Numbered from the stretch's first letter, positions 1-12,866 are shown. The stretch: DNA of 64,000 nt from Tubulanus polymorphus (GCF_964204645.1 NC_134029.1:15246950-15310949), one strand, 5' to 3'. Made by a program: numbers and translations. Notes: generated by a model from the letters alone, not told the origin.

Positions 1-830
1 CGTAAAATAGAATTAACTTATGAAGTGGTTGTTGCGAAATATAATCACTGCACTTAAATATATTCAAAGTAGCCCCTTTCCGATTTCTTAATAACTACAA
101 AAACGGTACTTACATTTATAGCTGGAACCGAAAAGAATCTGTTGTGTTTGAAATTCTCAGTTTACAGGAAACCCACTTATTCTGGATCCTACTTGCATTA
201 TTTTCCCTTTACCACTGATAGCATAAAAGTCGGTGTTGCTCAAGGATTATTTCTTCGTGCTTTAAGGCTTTGCGACCCCCTTTTTCTCGATGATGAACTC
301 ACCCAGATCCCTTAATAAGTTAGCTTATCCTAACGACCTTTTGAATAAAGCTTTTTCGAGTACGTCACACCCATTTTTGTAATTATTGAGTTTTGCCCCT
401 TCAGAAACAGCTCATCGTCGTACCTTTTGTTCCTTTTTTGGAAAAATCAAAACCCCCTTCATCTCCTTAACAAACAGTTCGTTTTCACTTACAATAATTA
501 ACTTAGTCATAACTTAACTCACAATTCCAGCAAAACGGAACCTTTGAACATTATTGTATAGAAAATACATTGTAAAGTATGTAATAAAATATATATTGGT
601 GAAACTGGGCGTGATTTGAACAAGCGCCTCAGAGAACATAAAATAACGTAAAAAATTTCAAACCTGAGAGAGGAGTAGCTAATCACGTTTATGAAACTAG
701 TCACAATTTTGATTTTTATAATGCCGCTTTTATCTTTCCCTGTCCCGATAAAACCAAACGTCACATTATGGAATCTGCCCTTATTATTGAAAATATGGTT
801 AAATGAGTTAATTCGAATAACGGTTTTTTC
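1..830 (+). pseudogene. Penelope-like retroelement 3' fragment (RT C-terminus + GIY-YIG endonuclease), degraded
   Basis: Manual translation: KFSVYRKPTYSGSYLHYF, VGVAQGLFLRALRLCDP, and IHCKVCNKIYIGETGRDLNKRLREHK (GIY-YIG); frameshifts and stops. Confidence 0.85.
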
Positions 831-1200
831 TTCACAATATTTTGATCTCTAAATTTCTCGCTTCACTTGTACCCCCACTAATATAATCCGTTAGCTTGTT
901 TTTTTCCGTTTGACACTTCCACTCACTCACTACCTTACTCATTCCTTGATTATCCATTTGATGTTCTTGCCTTTTGTTTTTGTCTGATAACCCCTTAGTT
1001 TGTCTGCTTTTGAACCCTGTGGACTTTGTTTTTAGATTACTTTAATCTCGCACTACATCCCCTTAGTTTGTGGTTTGCCTTCTTTGTTTTCTTTCTTAGT
1101 GTTCCGGCTTTTGTTATTTAATTACTTTAATCTTAATCCTTTAATCTTTATCATTTGTCATATTCTTGTATAAATATCCTGTCATTTGATTTTGTTCTCA

Positions 1201-1242
1201 GTACCCCTGATGATGGCTAACAGTTGTAAGCCGAAACGTCGC
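1201..1242 (+). ncRNA. Minimal hammerhead-ribozyme-like motif in the Penelope terminal region
   Basis: CTGATGA-t-ggct(aacagttgta)agcc-GAAAC-GTC: conserved core, stem II and palindromic ACGT stem III; stem I weak. Confidence 0.55.
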
Positions 1243-1858
1243 TCCTCAAATACAATCATTCTGATATAGAATTTTTCAATCTTGGCTTCGTTATTGTGGG
1301 ATTTCTCTCGTCACGGGTATGGTATATTTAAGTGGTAATAAGATAATATAAAACTACCTAAGATTTTTTGTTTTTCAATTAGATATAAACAAAGATGATT
1401 TTATAAATTTGTTAGAAACAAAATTATAAAATTATAAAATATTATAAATATATCTGAAATTATAAATATTTAGAAAAATATTATCAAATGTTACAAAAGG
1501 TTTAAGTAATAATCACTAATTTAGAACATTTTTACCAGATAGATTTTGAATGATTTTTAATAAAAATTTTCTATGATAAGTGGATACTAACAACAAGAAA
1601 AATCATAGCCCATATGTAAAATTAATATAGATAAATCACAAAAATTTAGACATCTAAAACACATTTAGAAATAAATTGAAATTAGAATATAATAATGAAA
1701 AATGTAATCAATCATTTAGTGAAAAAATATACTATGATCAACATTTAAAATCTAAAATTCATATTAGAAATTTAAATAAGAATATTTTAGTTGAAGATTA
1801 TTTCGATGAAAATAATGATAAAAAACAAGAGACAATAAGGAAAATAAAAAATAAATTG

Positions 1859-3497
1859 AACAAGGTGCCCACGGGCACTGTTAGTTTTAGCGCAGAAGTT
1901 AGTGAATTGAAGTTGGAGTTAATCATATGCACCATAATAGACGATACATTGGTTTAGTAAGGTGCTCTATCAGCTTATACTTGACATAAAAGGAAATGCA
2001 TGTTATAAAAGTATAAGGTAATTAGATTTTAAATGACAAACAGTGGTTTATACGAGGAGGAGAAGTTAGATACATAGAACATTTTAAGAAGGCCTTATAG
2101 ATTTTGAAATGAAATACGTATAATAATTATAAATTATAAGCCTCCTAATAAATTATAAGGTTTCGTTAAATCAAAAGCATCTCAGATGTCATATTTATAT
2201 TTTTGTTGCTGAAGCTGAAATCAAAGCAGCTGTATTGGGAGATGAGTAAGAATTCTAAGTTCCATACAAACTCTGTCAGGATTTTCAGGATTCAAAGCCG
2301 AGACCTAATGCTAAAAATTGATACCTTGTCTCTCCACTCAGCTGAGCTTAAAAATTATAAAATTCTACCCTGTACATTTTTTTAAACCATATTTTTCTAA
2401 ACCTTATTTATACTATAACAGACCCAGTAGTTTTTGAAATAAATGGATAAAGTTTATAACATTTTAAAACTAAAATGATTCTTTCTGTGAGGTCGGTTAG
2501 CATTCTAATGAATTCACTATCTATTCTCAAACAACAGTAGATCAGTTCGATCTTTATTCGCCGGACGGAAGCGACAGTCCACGTTCCCTCGAAGTATCAT
2601 TCCAACGGCGATGCAGTTTAAAGCACTCCGTATGAGAAAGCGTGGGGATCGCGGCTACCCTGCTACGTAACCATCTCGTCATACACCTTAGCGTCTAGTA
2701 GTAGCGCAAGAGAGGCAGAGGTCAACAAGACGAATCCCACGCAGAGGCAGGATCGTAGCGAGTAAGCCACATTAAATTCTGCGTTCGAATTCATCTGTAT
2801 ACTACACAATATTGGTCGACCTTTATGGTGTTTTTAATGCGAATTAGAATTGTTTGAAATTCATCTTCATTTCGATACAAACATTTTTTTTCGTGAAGAT
2901 AATCCCGGGGTATGCATAATTAATTTTAATTCAAATATTTTCAAAAAATTTTTTTTTATTAAGAGAATATCCTTTGTCTAAAGATTAACTGCTTCGTTGA
3001 TGATATTGGTGAGCTTCATGTGTTTCTAAAACGAGGGCGCTCATCACAGCTCAGCAGTAAATACGGCAAACTGCGCCGCACATCGACATGCAGTTCTCAG
3101 CACAGTACAAGATAAATGAAAAATCCTCGTCAATTTTGTTTCTTTTGTTGTTTTCTTATTGAAGAATTTGTTATGTTATATCAGTAATATATAAAAAGCC
3201 TACTAGTAAATTCGACAGCAAATGTTGTACAATTCCGCTCATTTTGTATTTACGTTAGTAGATCAAGATGACGTCACACGACATCACTAAAAATCCCCCA
3301 AAACTACATAAAATTGTCAATTTACCCAATTTAGGCTCATCAATAGCCTTCAAAAGCAGTCGCCACTTAGCTACCATTATAACAGCCAACTTAATGCAGG
3401 ACGTAGCCCGTGAATTATTTCACTCTCGGAGGAGATAGCGGTCAACACGAATTCAACACTCCGTTTAATACTAATAGATTCAGCTGTGCTGAATCTA
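1859..3497 (-). mobile_element. ~1.6-kb insertion splitting pPolB, with hairpins at both ends (Helentron/Helitron-like, possibly composite)
   Basis: pPolB homology stops at ~1858 and resumes at ~3498 (YIENVRNYINSL); hairpins gtgccc-ac-gggcac and agattcagc-tgt-gctgaatct. Confidence 0.5.
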
Positions 3498-3959
3498 AAA
3501 ATTAATTATCATACATTGAAAATGTTAGAAATTATATTAATTCATTAAATCCCAAAAAAAGAAATAGAAATAACCGAAGCATTTAAATCGAATATTGGTC
3601 CAGCAGCTATTGAATTTGAATTTTATAAAGGTTAAACATTAGAAGAAAATAAAATCATTTAGAAAATATAAAAATATTATGAAAATAATTACAGATGTAA
3701 AGTATCCAAAAATAAGTATATCATCAAAAGTTGAATTTAAAAAAACTTAAGATAAACCAATATTTAATAGTCAATCTCATTCACAACATATTATTTCAAA
3801 AAGACATATAGATGATAAATTAAATAAATGTTATAATGGTTTTTAAAATAAAGTAGAAGAGACAAATTTTGAAGGAACTGGTTTAATATTTGATGAAATT
3901 ATATTTGTGACTGAATAATAGATGAAACCAATAGATGAAAATAATTTATCATATTATAA

Positions 3960-6900
3960 AGATGATATTATAAATGCATCGAGTTATATCAAATTACCAT
4001 TTAAAACTAATGCTGTGACAAACATAAACAATTTTGATGACAAATATTTCTTTTCTAATCAATTATTAGTTGTTTACATCCTACAATATTAATATTTGTA
4101 GATTAACAAACTATAAACAATTTGAAAATAATCATAAAATAGATAATTATCCTGTTAAAATTAAACAAATTCCAATAATAGAAAGAGATAATAATCTAAA
4201 AATTAATGTGTTCAAAAACGAATGGTAATAATATAAAACATTTACGTTAGAACCTTTATACTTATCAAAAGATTATGATAAAAATGATGTTATAGATATA
4301 TCATATTATGAAAATCATTATGTGGATAAAACAAATTGAATTATTTTTTCGAACAGAAAATGATCATAATTATAAAATATTTCTATGTAGAAAATGTACC
4401 ACTACATTTTATTCAGAGAGTTCCTTAGGAAATCATAAACAATAATGGGATAATCATGATTATTGTAAATTGATAATGCCAAATGAAAAACATAAAATAT
4501 TAGAATTTAAGAAATACGAATACAAGAATAAAGTACCATGTGTAATAAATGGTGATTTTGAATCATTAGATAAAGAATTAATGATCAAGACAGAAAAGAA
4601 ATATATTATAAAAGAAAGAAATTAAATTCAAATAAAAATGTTATCAATAATTTTTGTGATTTATTAATTGAATGTGAAATAAAATTAAGTAAATTGTTAA
4701 ATAAGAATGAAGGAATTATTATGACAGAACAAGATGAAGAAGACCTTAATTTTGCAGATAAATGATTTTATTGTGGAAAGGTATTCAATTTAAAAGATAA
4801 CATAGTTAACAATTATGTCATAAAATAGAAGAAATTAATAATGAAATCGAAAAATTAATTTCGAAAATAAAATAATACGAAATTATAAATCTAAAATGCT
4901 AGTTAAAACATCTGAAAATTATATATCTTTTCAATTTGGTCGTTTAGGATTTATAGATTCATATAGATTTTTAAGTAGTTCTTTTGATATTTTAACAAAA
5001 CGTTTAATTATTGATGAATTATTATCCAAATGATAATGATTTTCATAAAAATCATAATGATTTTGAAATAACTTAATTATCAAAACAACCATTTCATGAA
5101 GATCAACTTTTTAATAGAACATTAAACATTTGGAATCATCTTAAAATGAAAAATCATGGAAAATTAGTTGATTTATACTTAAAATCCGTTGTTTTATTAT
5201 GATCTGATATATTTGAATGATTTTGAGATGTAAAACTAACATGTTTTAATAATGATCCTTGTCATGGTTATTCTAGTCACGGTTCAACTTGCGATTGTGG
5301 ATTGAAATTTACTGATATAGAAATGGATTTATTAACAAATATAGATCAATTATTATCATTATTTGAAAATGCATTTAGCGGAGGTGTTTCTTGTTTTAGG
5401 TGATAGATTTTAATATAAATGATAATCCTGGATATAAATTATTACATACAGATCCAAATAATTTATATGGATGGGCAATGTTGGAACCACAGCCATATGG
5501 AATTTTTTTCGAATTAACAGAAGTTATAGATAATAAATATGATTGGAAAAAAATAATATCAAATATTGATGATAATTCTGAAATTGGTTATACTTTTGTT
5601 GTAGATTTAGAATAATCAGATAAGATAAATTATAAATCAATACATTTAGTATATATTCCACAACATAAAACTGTAAAACATGAAGAATTATCTAATTATC
5701 AAAAATGAATTAAACCTGAAAATTATAATAATACATTCAAATTTATGGTAACTCAAGAAAATAAATATAATTACGTTATTCATGATAGAATTTTAAATTT
5801 TATCTAAAACAAGGAATGATATTGAAAAAGTACATAGATATATTTCATTTAGTCAATCGAAATGGTTAGAAAAATACATCGATTTTATTACAAACAAAGA
5901 ATGATATCTAAAACTGATTTTCAAATAGTTTTTTTTAAGCTCATTAATAATGCATTTTATGGTAAAACATGTGAAAATATTAGATATAGAAATGGTATTG
6001 GATAAGTTTGTAATGGAAAAAGAATTAGACATTTACAAACATATCCAAAGTTAGGAAAGAGATAATTTGATGAAAATTTAGCAGTAGCAAAAATGAAAAG
6101 AACATCAATGAAATTTAATAAACCAGTTCATGTTAGAGCTTCAGTTTAGAAATTTCAAAATTTTTAATGTATGACTTTTATTATAATGTTTTAAAACCAC
6201 ATTTTTGTGAAAAACATAGAAATACTTTATTTTGACACCGATTTATATAATTTGAAAATGAAAACAACTATTTTAGTAAATAATTTAAAAACATTGAAAT
6301 ATCATTTTGATTTAAGTAACTATCCTAAAAATCATGAATTATTTAGTAATGAAAATAAAAAAGTCCCAGGTAAATTTATAGATGAATTAGGAGGTGAAGA
6401 AATCATAGAAAGATGATATTATAAATGCATCGAGTTATATCAAATTACCATTTAAAACTAATGCTGTGACAAACATAAACAATTTTGATGACAAATATTT
6501 CTTTTCTAATCAATTATTAGTTGTTTACATCCTACAATATTAATATTTGTAGATTAACAAACTATAAACAATTTGAAAATAATCATAAAATAGATAATTA
6601 TCCTGTTAAAATTAAACAAATTCCAATAATAGAAAGAGATAATAATCTAAAAATTAATGTGTTCAAAAACGAATGGTAATAATATAAAACATTTACGTTA
6701 GAACCTTTATACTTATCAAAAGATTATGATAAAAATGATGTTATAGATATATCATATTATGAAAATCATTATGTGGATAAAACAAATTGAATTATTTTTT
6801 CGAACAGAAAATGATCATAATTATAAAATATTTCTATGTAGAAAATGTACCACTACATTTTATTCAGAGAGTTCCTTAGGAAATCATAAACAATAATGGG

Positions 6901-8861
6901 ATAATCATGATTATTGTAAATTGATAATGCCAAATGAAAAACATAAAATATTAGAATTTAAGAAATACGAATACAAGAATAAAGTACCATGTGTAATAAA
7001 TGGTGATTTTGAATCATTAGATAAAGAATTAATGATCAAGACAGAAAAGAAATATATTATAAAAGAAAGAAATTAAATTCAAATAAAAATGTTATCAATA
7101 ATTTTTGTGATTTATTAATTGAATGTGAAATAAAATTAAGTAAATTGTTAAATAAGAATGAAGGAATTATTATGACAGACCAAGATGAAGAAGACCTTAA
7201 TTTTGCAGATAAATGATTTTATTGTGGAAAGGTATTCAATTTAAAAGATAACATAGTTAACAATTATGTCATAAAATATAAGAAATTAATAATGAAATCG
7301 AAAAATTTATTTCGAAAATAAAATAATACGAAATTATAAATCTAAAATGCTAGTTAAAACATCTGAAAATTATATATCTTTTCAATTTGGTCGTTTAGGA
7401 TTTATAGATTCATATAGATTTTTAAGTAGTTCTTTTGATATTTTAACAAAACGTTTAATTATTGATGAATTATTATCCAAATGATAATGATTTTCATAAA
7501 AATCATAATGATTTTGAAATAACTTAATTATCAAAACAACCATTTCATGAAGATCAACTTTTTAATAGAACATTAAACATTTGGAATCATCTTAAAATGA
7601 AAAATCATGGAAAATTAGTTGATTTATACTTAAAATCCGTTGTTTTATTATGATCTGATATATTTGAATGATTTTGAGATGTAAAACTAACATGTTTTAA
7701 TAATGATCCTTGTCATGGTTATTCTAGTCACGGTTCAACTTGCGATTGTGGATTGAAATTTACTGATATAGAAATGGATTTATTAACAAATATAGATCAA
7801 TTATTATCATTATTTGAAAATGCATTTAGCGGAGGTGTTTCTTGTTTTAGGTGATAGATTTTAATATAAATGATAATCCTGGATATAAATTATTACATAC
7901 AGATCCAAATAATTTATATGGATGGGCATTGTTGGAACCACAGCCATATGGAATTTTTTTCGAATTAACAGAAGTTATAGATAATAAATATGATTGGAAA
8001 AAAATAATATCAAATATTGATGATAATTCTGAAATTGGTTATACTTTTGTTGTAGATTTAGAATAATCAGATAAGATAAATTATAAATCAATACATTTAG
8101 TATATTGTCCACAACATAAAACTGTAAAACATGAAGAATTATCTAATTATCAAAAATGAATTAAACCTGAAAATTATAATAATACATTCAAATTTATGGT
8201 AACTCAAGAAAATAAATATAATTACGTTATTCATGATAGAATTTTAAATTTTATCTAAAACAAGGAATGATATTGAAAAAGTACATAGATATATTTCATT
8301 TAGTCAATCGAAATGGTTAGAAAAATACATCGATTTTATTACAAACAAAGAATGATATCTAAAACTGATTTTCAAATAGTTTTTTTTAAGCTCATTAATA
8401 ATGCATTTTATGGTAAAACATGTGAAAATATTAGATATAGAAATGGTATTGGATAAGTTTGTAATGGAAAAAGAATTAGACATTTACAAACATATCCAAA
8501 GTTAGGAAAGAGATAATTTGATGAAAATTTAGCAGTAGCAAAAATGAAAAGAACATCAATGAAATTTAATAAACCAGTTCATGTTAGAGCTTCAGTTTAG
8601 AAATTTCAAAATTTTTAATGTATGACTTTTATTATAATGTTTTAAAACCACATTTTTGTGAAAAACATAGAAATACTTTATTTTGACACCGATTTATATA
8701 ATTTGAAAATGAAAACAACTATTTTAGTAAATAATTTAAAAACATTGAAATATCATTTTGATTTAAGTAACTATCCTAAAAATCATGAATTATTTAGTAA
8801 TGAAAATAAAAAAGTCCCAGGTAAATTTATAGATGAATTAGGAGGTGAAGAAATCATAGAA
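3960..8861. repeat. Tandem duplication of a 2451-bp unit (3960-6410 and 6411-8861)
   Basis: ORF pairs 5400/7851 and 6207/8658 are offset by 2451; only a handful of differences seen; junction aatcatagaa|agatgatatt. Confidence 0.95.
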
Positions 8862-9262
8862 TTTTTTGGAATTAGATCAAAAATTTATTCATATAAAACA
8901 AAAACAAAAAGGTATAACAAAAAGTGCAGTACAAAAAATATTAAATCAAATGATTATATAAATTGTATTTTCAATGAGGAAGTTAGAAATAATAAAACAA
9001 AATGTTTAATATCAGAAGATCATGAAATGTTTATAAACAAATAGAAACATTTAGTTTGAATCCATTTGATGATAAAAGATGTATTTTAGGTAATGGAATT
9101 CATACAGTTGCTTATGGTTGCAATTAAGATGAATATCTATATTTATAATGTTGGAAGTTTTATTTCAATAAATGGAATCCGAAAAAATAAAATCTCAATA
9201 TAATATTAATAATAGAGTTGTTAATAGATATAATTATGAAAATGTTCAAATTGTTAATTAAG

Positions 9263-10250
9263 TATGGAAGTATGGAAGCCCTGAAACGACATTACGAATT
9301 ACGTTTTACGTTTTACGAATTACGTTTTTCGAATTACGAGTTAGGTTAACGATTTACCATATGAGCTCCCTGCTTTTCGTGTGTTACGCGAGGTTAAGGT
9401 CTTATACAATTAGGTTTAATTATTATACAATTAATTTTCTTATTTTTTTTTTTTTTTTTTCTTTTTTATACGAATTACGTTTTTCGACTTACGTTTTACG
9501 AATTACGTTTTACGACTTAGGTTTTACGAATTACGTTCTATGAACGCTTCACGGGCTTTGCAATGAAGTCGAATCATGACGAAGAATGAATCGACTGAAT
9601 TCATTTTGCATTTCGAAATATATACATGTATATATCAATAGTAAAATTTACGGAGTTTCGTATGCATTTTTTATTACAATATAGAGTAATAATGAGACCA
9701 AGGAAGTCAAAAAGTGACTTATCATAATTTCAAATGATTAAAAGTATAGAGATTCAGCCTGCATACGGCCAGATTCTTAATTAATAAATTACGAACACTG
9801 ACACTGTGTTTGGCAAGGGCACGATGATTTAAGACGATACAAAGGCTGAAATTATCCGGGGTTCATGGAGATAAAAAGGAATTGAACTCATCGGATACAA
9901 TTGTTCAATTGTAACAAATGATCAGAACAAGTCTTAGATTTTAATAATGAAAATATATATTTATATTTGAAAGCAAAGCGTTTGGGCTGCAATGTCATCC
10001 ATCTAGTCGTACTTAGTTGAGGAAGCATTCGGCAAAAAATTACAACCGATCACACAACAGTGCTGCCTTCTGCCTGCTACCCAAAGTTATTCACGACACG
10101 GTCGGAGAGTGCATCACAACCTTGACCTCTTGTGACAAATTGAACCGATATGTAGTGGTAAATCGTTGCCCAAAATGTAAGTAGTAAAACGTAAGTCGTA
10201 ATTCGTAAAACGTAAAACGTATATCGTAATGTCGTTTCAGGGCTTCCATA
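9263..10250. mobile_element. Non-autonomous DNA transposon, IS3EU-like
   Basis: TIR tatggaagccctgaaacgacattacga / tcgtaatgtcgtttcagggcttccata; ATTAAG duplicated at 9257-9262 and 10251-10256; subterminal TTACG repeats; TAYGG ends with a 6-bp TSD fit IS3EU. Confidence 0.75.
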
Positions 10251-10256
10251 ATTAAG

Positions 10257-10760
10257 TGAATTATTAATAGAACATAATAATTTAAAATATTCTAAAGATG
10301 GTAAGCAAAGTTATTGTAAAACTTGTAATCAACGAAATTATAACAAAAGATCTAGAAAATAATCCAGATTATTTAAAAATTGGCAAAATAATAATAGAGA
10401 ACATATCTATAATTATCAAAATCAAAATTATCATTCAGATCCAATATCCAAATTAAAACAGTTACATAGAAATAGTTTGAATATAATTTTCAAAAACTAA
10501 ATGAAATCAGAAAAATCACTAGATTTTGTAGGATGTATAATAGAATTTTTTAAATCATTGATAGAATATCAATTTGATAATAATATAAATTTTGATAATC
10601 ATGGAGAATATTGGGAATTAGATCATATAATTCCATTATCATTAATAAAAGATGAAGTTGAAATAAAGAAACTATATAATTGGAAAAAATTCAACAATAA
10701 TCGAAAATTGAAAATAGAATAAAAGGAAATGAAATTAATAAGAGCTGAAAAAATGTATAA
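10257..10760 (+). pseudogene. HNH/endonuclease-VII-like gene of the kind common in large DNA viruses; 5' end lies just before the insertion at 9263
   Basis: KDGKQSYCKTCNQR, and ORF 10501-10722 FVGCIIEFFKSLIEYQFDNNINFDNHGEYWELDHIIPLS. Confidence 0.6.
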
Positions 10761-11636
10761 ATTCATGGAATAATATTAGGAATATGATTTTATATTGAGA
10801 ATCTGAAATGACTTATCTGGACAATTTAATTGCTCCTAATAGATTAACAAAAGAAGTAAGATATGAAATCATATTCTAATATAATTCAAATAGAAAACAT
10901 TAAAAATTTCTTATTTTCAACAATTTAATATAATTTATTACATTCTTATTCAAAATCTATTATTTCTTTTCAAAAAGATAATACTCAATATCTCAAATAG
11001 AATTGAATTTTAAAAAAAAACCTTAAATAGCCATTATTTTTATTGCTATATTTCTATTTTAAAACCTATCATATCTAATCGTTGACTAGAATTCTTTAAT
11101 TTCGTATAGTTAGTAGCACATAAGGAACTATTTTAATATTTTTTTTTCCCTAGTTTTCTAAAATAAATGACAAATAAAAATAAAGATGACTATAGCTGGG
11201 TTTCTGCCTTCCTCGAAATAATGTCGTACAGGGATGCGTGCAAACATTTAAACCGAAATCAGTTCGTAATATTCCGCTTTTTGAAGGAGCGGTACCTAGG
11301 GGTCAACTCATAACATTTCTGATTGACCAACGTGTGCTACTACGCGCAAAGAACTAATGTGCCAAGTTTAGGGCAATAACATCGAGAATAACGAAGATAC
11401 GGTGCTTTTACCATTCCCTAGTGGCAATTAAAGCGCATTCGGTTATTATTAGTTCCGACAAATAGTCGACTAGATACGAAAACCAAATATGGTAAGTGGC
11501 CTTGCTTGCCTGCAATCATTCTTTTTTTCGGTGTAGTGGGAAGGTATTTTGAACTAGACTGACTTTCTTCTATATGTCGTCACCAACGCTGCTACGTCAC
11601 GATGTGATGTATAAGGAACCTCAAACTTGTAGTGTA

Positions 11637-11787
11637 AGTAATGGGGTAAGTGTCTTTTCATACCAGAGGTTGAAAGGTCGAGCTCATAAAAATGAACAAT
11701 AAATTCTCACACGCTCGAATTTATTTTTAATTTTTCTCTCACTCAACTTTTCAACCTCTGATATGAAACAACACTTACCCCATTACT
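11637..11787. repeat. 151-bp fold-back made of two Polinton-type terminal repeats
   Basis: agtaatggggtaagtgtcttttcataccagaggttgaaaggtcgag ... ctcaacttttcaacctctgatatgaaacaacacttaccccattact; first 32 nt match the 31949 TIR at 24 positions. Confidence 0.75.
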
Positions 11788-11871
11788 CTAATTATATTTA
11801 TATATATGAACATTATATAAATGAATATTATATTAATGAAATCAGTTTTGATAAAAAATTTTGTATAGTAA

Positions 11872-12207
11872 ATGGAGAGAAAACAAATACACAGTGAATT
11901 CCTAGCTGGAATTAAAGATACTAAAAATGTGAAATCTGTAGATTATAAATTCAAAAAGTTAACAGGATTAACATTACATAAGAAATATTTAATTACAAAT
12001 ATTGAAACCATTACTAATAGGTATGATAATAAATTAGTTATTTACTTTGGATATGAAGGATTAAGAGGAAATAAATATAAATTCAGAACATATTTACCAG
12101 ATAGATTTCATAGATTATCTAGTGAAGATCTAGAAGAAGTGTGTTCAGGTGATTTCTATTTCATATATAAAGGTAAGAATGAAAAAGGGCACCATGATTT
12201 CGAATAA
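11872..12207 (+). CDS. Polinton small conserved protein (possible OB-fold/ssDNA-binding)
   Basis: Intact 111-aa ORF starting in TAAATG; YLPDRF..IYKGKNEKGHHDFE is shared with 32149-32361 (FLPDKW..IYHGKNDDGHHDLE). Confidence 0.6.
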   Translation: MERKQIHSEFLAGIKDTKNVKSVDYKFKKLTGLTLHKKYLITNIETITNRYDNKLVIYFGYEGLRGNKYKFRTYLPDRFHRLSSEDLEEVCSGDFYFIYKGKNEKGHHDFE

Positions 12208-12243
12208 TATAAAATCAATTTCAATAAAAAATGTGATAGTAAA

Positions 12244-12516
12244 ATGGAAGAAAATAAGAAGTACTACTGTCCAACATGTAAAGTCAATAAAGATAAATCT
12301 CAAAAAGCAGTGCACAATGAAACCGAATCTCACGTAGAAAATAAATTGAAATTAGAATATAATAAAGATATATTAGAAACTAAATTAGATGAATTTAAGC
12401 ATGAAAAAGAAATATATAAATGTGATACATGTAATCAATCATTCATTAAAAAAAGAAATTATAACGAAAATTTAAAATCTAAAAGTCATATTAGAAATAT
12501 CAATAATGACATTTAA
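12244..12516 (+). CDS. Double zinc-finger segment equivalent to the pPolB N-terminus, truncated
   Basis: YYCPTCK..HNETESH and YKCDTCNQ..KSKSH; homologous to 41800-42087. Confidence 0.65.
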   Translation: MEENKKYYCPTCKVNKDKSQKAVHNETESHVENKLKLEYNKDILETKLDEFKHEKEIYKCDTCNQSFIKKRNYNENLKSKSHIRNINNDI

Positions 12517-12719
12517 GGTTACTTCTTCGCAGGCTACTTCTTCGCACGCTCGAATTTATTTTTTACTCACTCGACCCTTAAACCTTTGACCTGAAACAAC
12601 ATATTACCAATTACTCTCAAAATATTCATGTTTTAAAAGTGAAAGTAAAATGTTAGCATAATAATCTAGAAAATAAGATCAGATATAGATTTCGAATGAT
12701 AAAATATAAATTCTAACAA

Positions 12720-12866
12720 AAAAAGTGTGAGTAAAGTGTGAGTGATATAATTCATATTTAAAACAGTGTATTTTTATTTATATGAGTTAAATTCTTATTT
12801 TTAAGCATAAAAAGTGTGAGTAAAGTGCGAGTGAAATAATTCATATTTAAAACAGTGAATATTTAT
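12720..12866. repeat. Two ~58-bp direct repeats upstream of ORF 12873
   Basis: aaaaagtgtgagtaaagtg(t/c)gagtga(t/a)ataattcatatttaaaacagtg at ~12720 and ~12809. Confidence 0.8.

Larger units (their letters stand above)
1590..9127 (+). pseudogene. polB: Protein-primed family B DNA polymerase pseudogene (intein-free), split by an insertion and an internal tandem duplication
   Basis: Motifs GDFES (Exo I), FIDSYRFL, DPNNLYGWAM, KLINNAFYGKTCEN, ILYFDTD, KKVPGKFIDELGG, GIRSKIYSY, NPFDDKR; many stops and frameshifts. Confidence 0.85.
1330..11160 (+). mobile_element. Degraded Polinton/Maverick (adintovirus-like) remnant A, interrupted by younger insertions; ends approximate
   Basis: Collinear remnants of the small FLPDRF gene, zinc fingers, pPolB and an HNH-like gene, homologous to the element at 31949-42172. 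Confidence 0.8.

Noticed and set aside
2545-2780. GC-richer island that might hold an HDV-like ribozyme on the minus strand
   Set aside because: Could not build the nested pseudoknot pairings by eye
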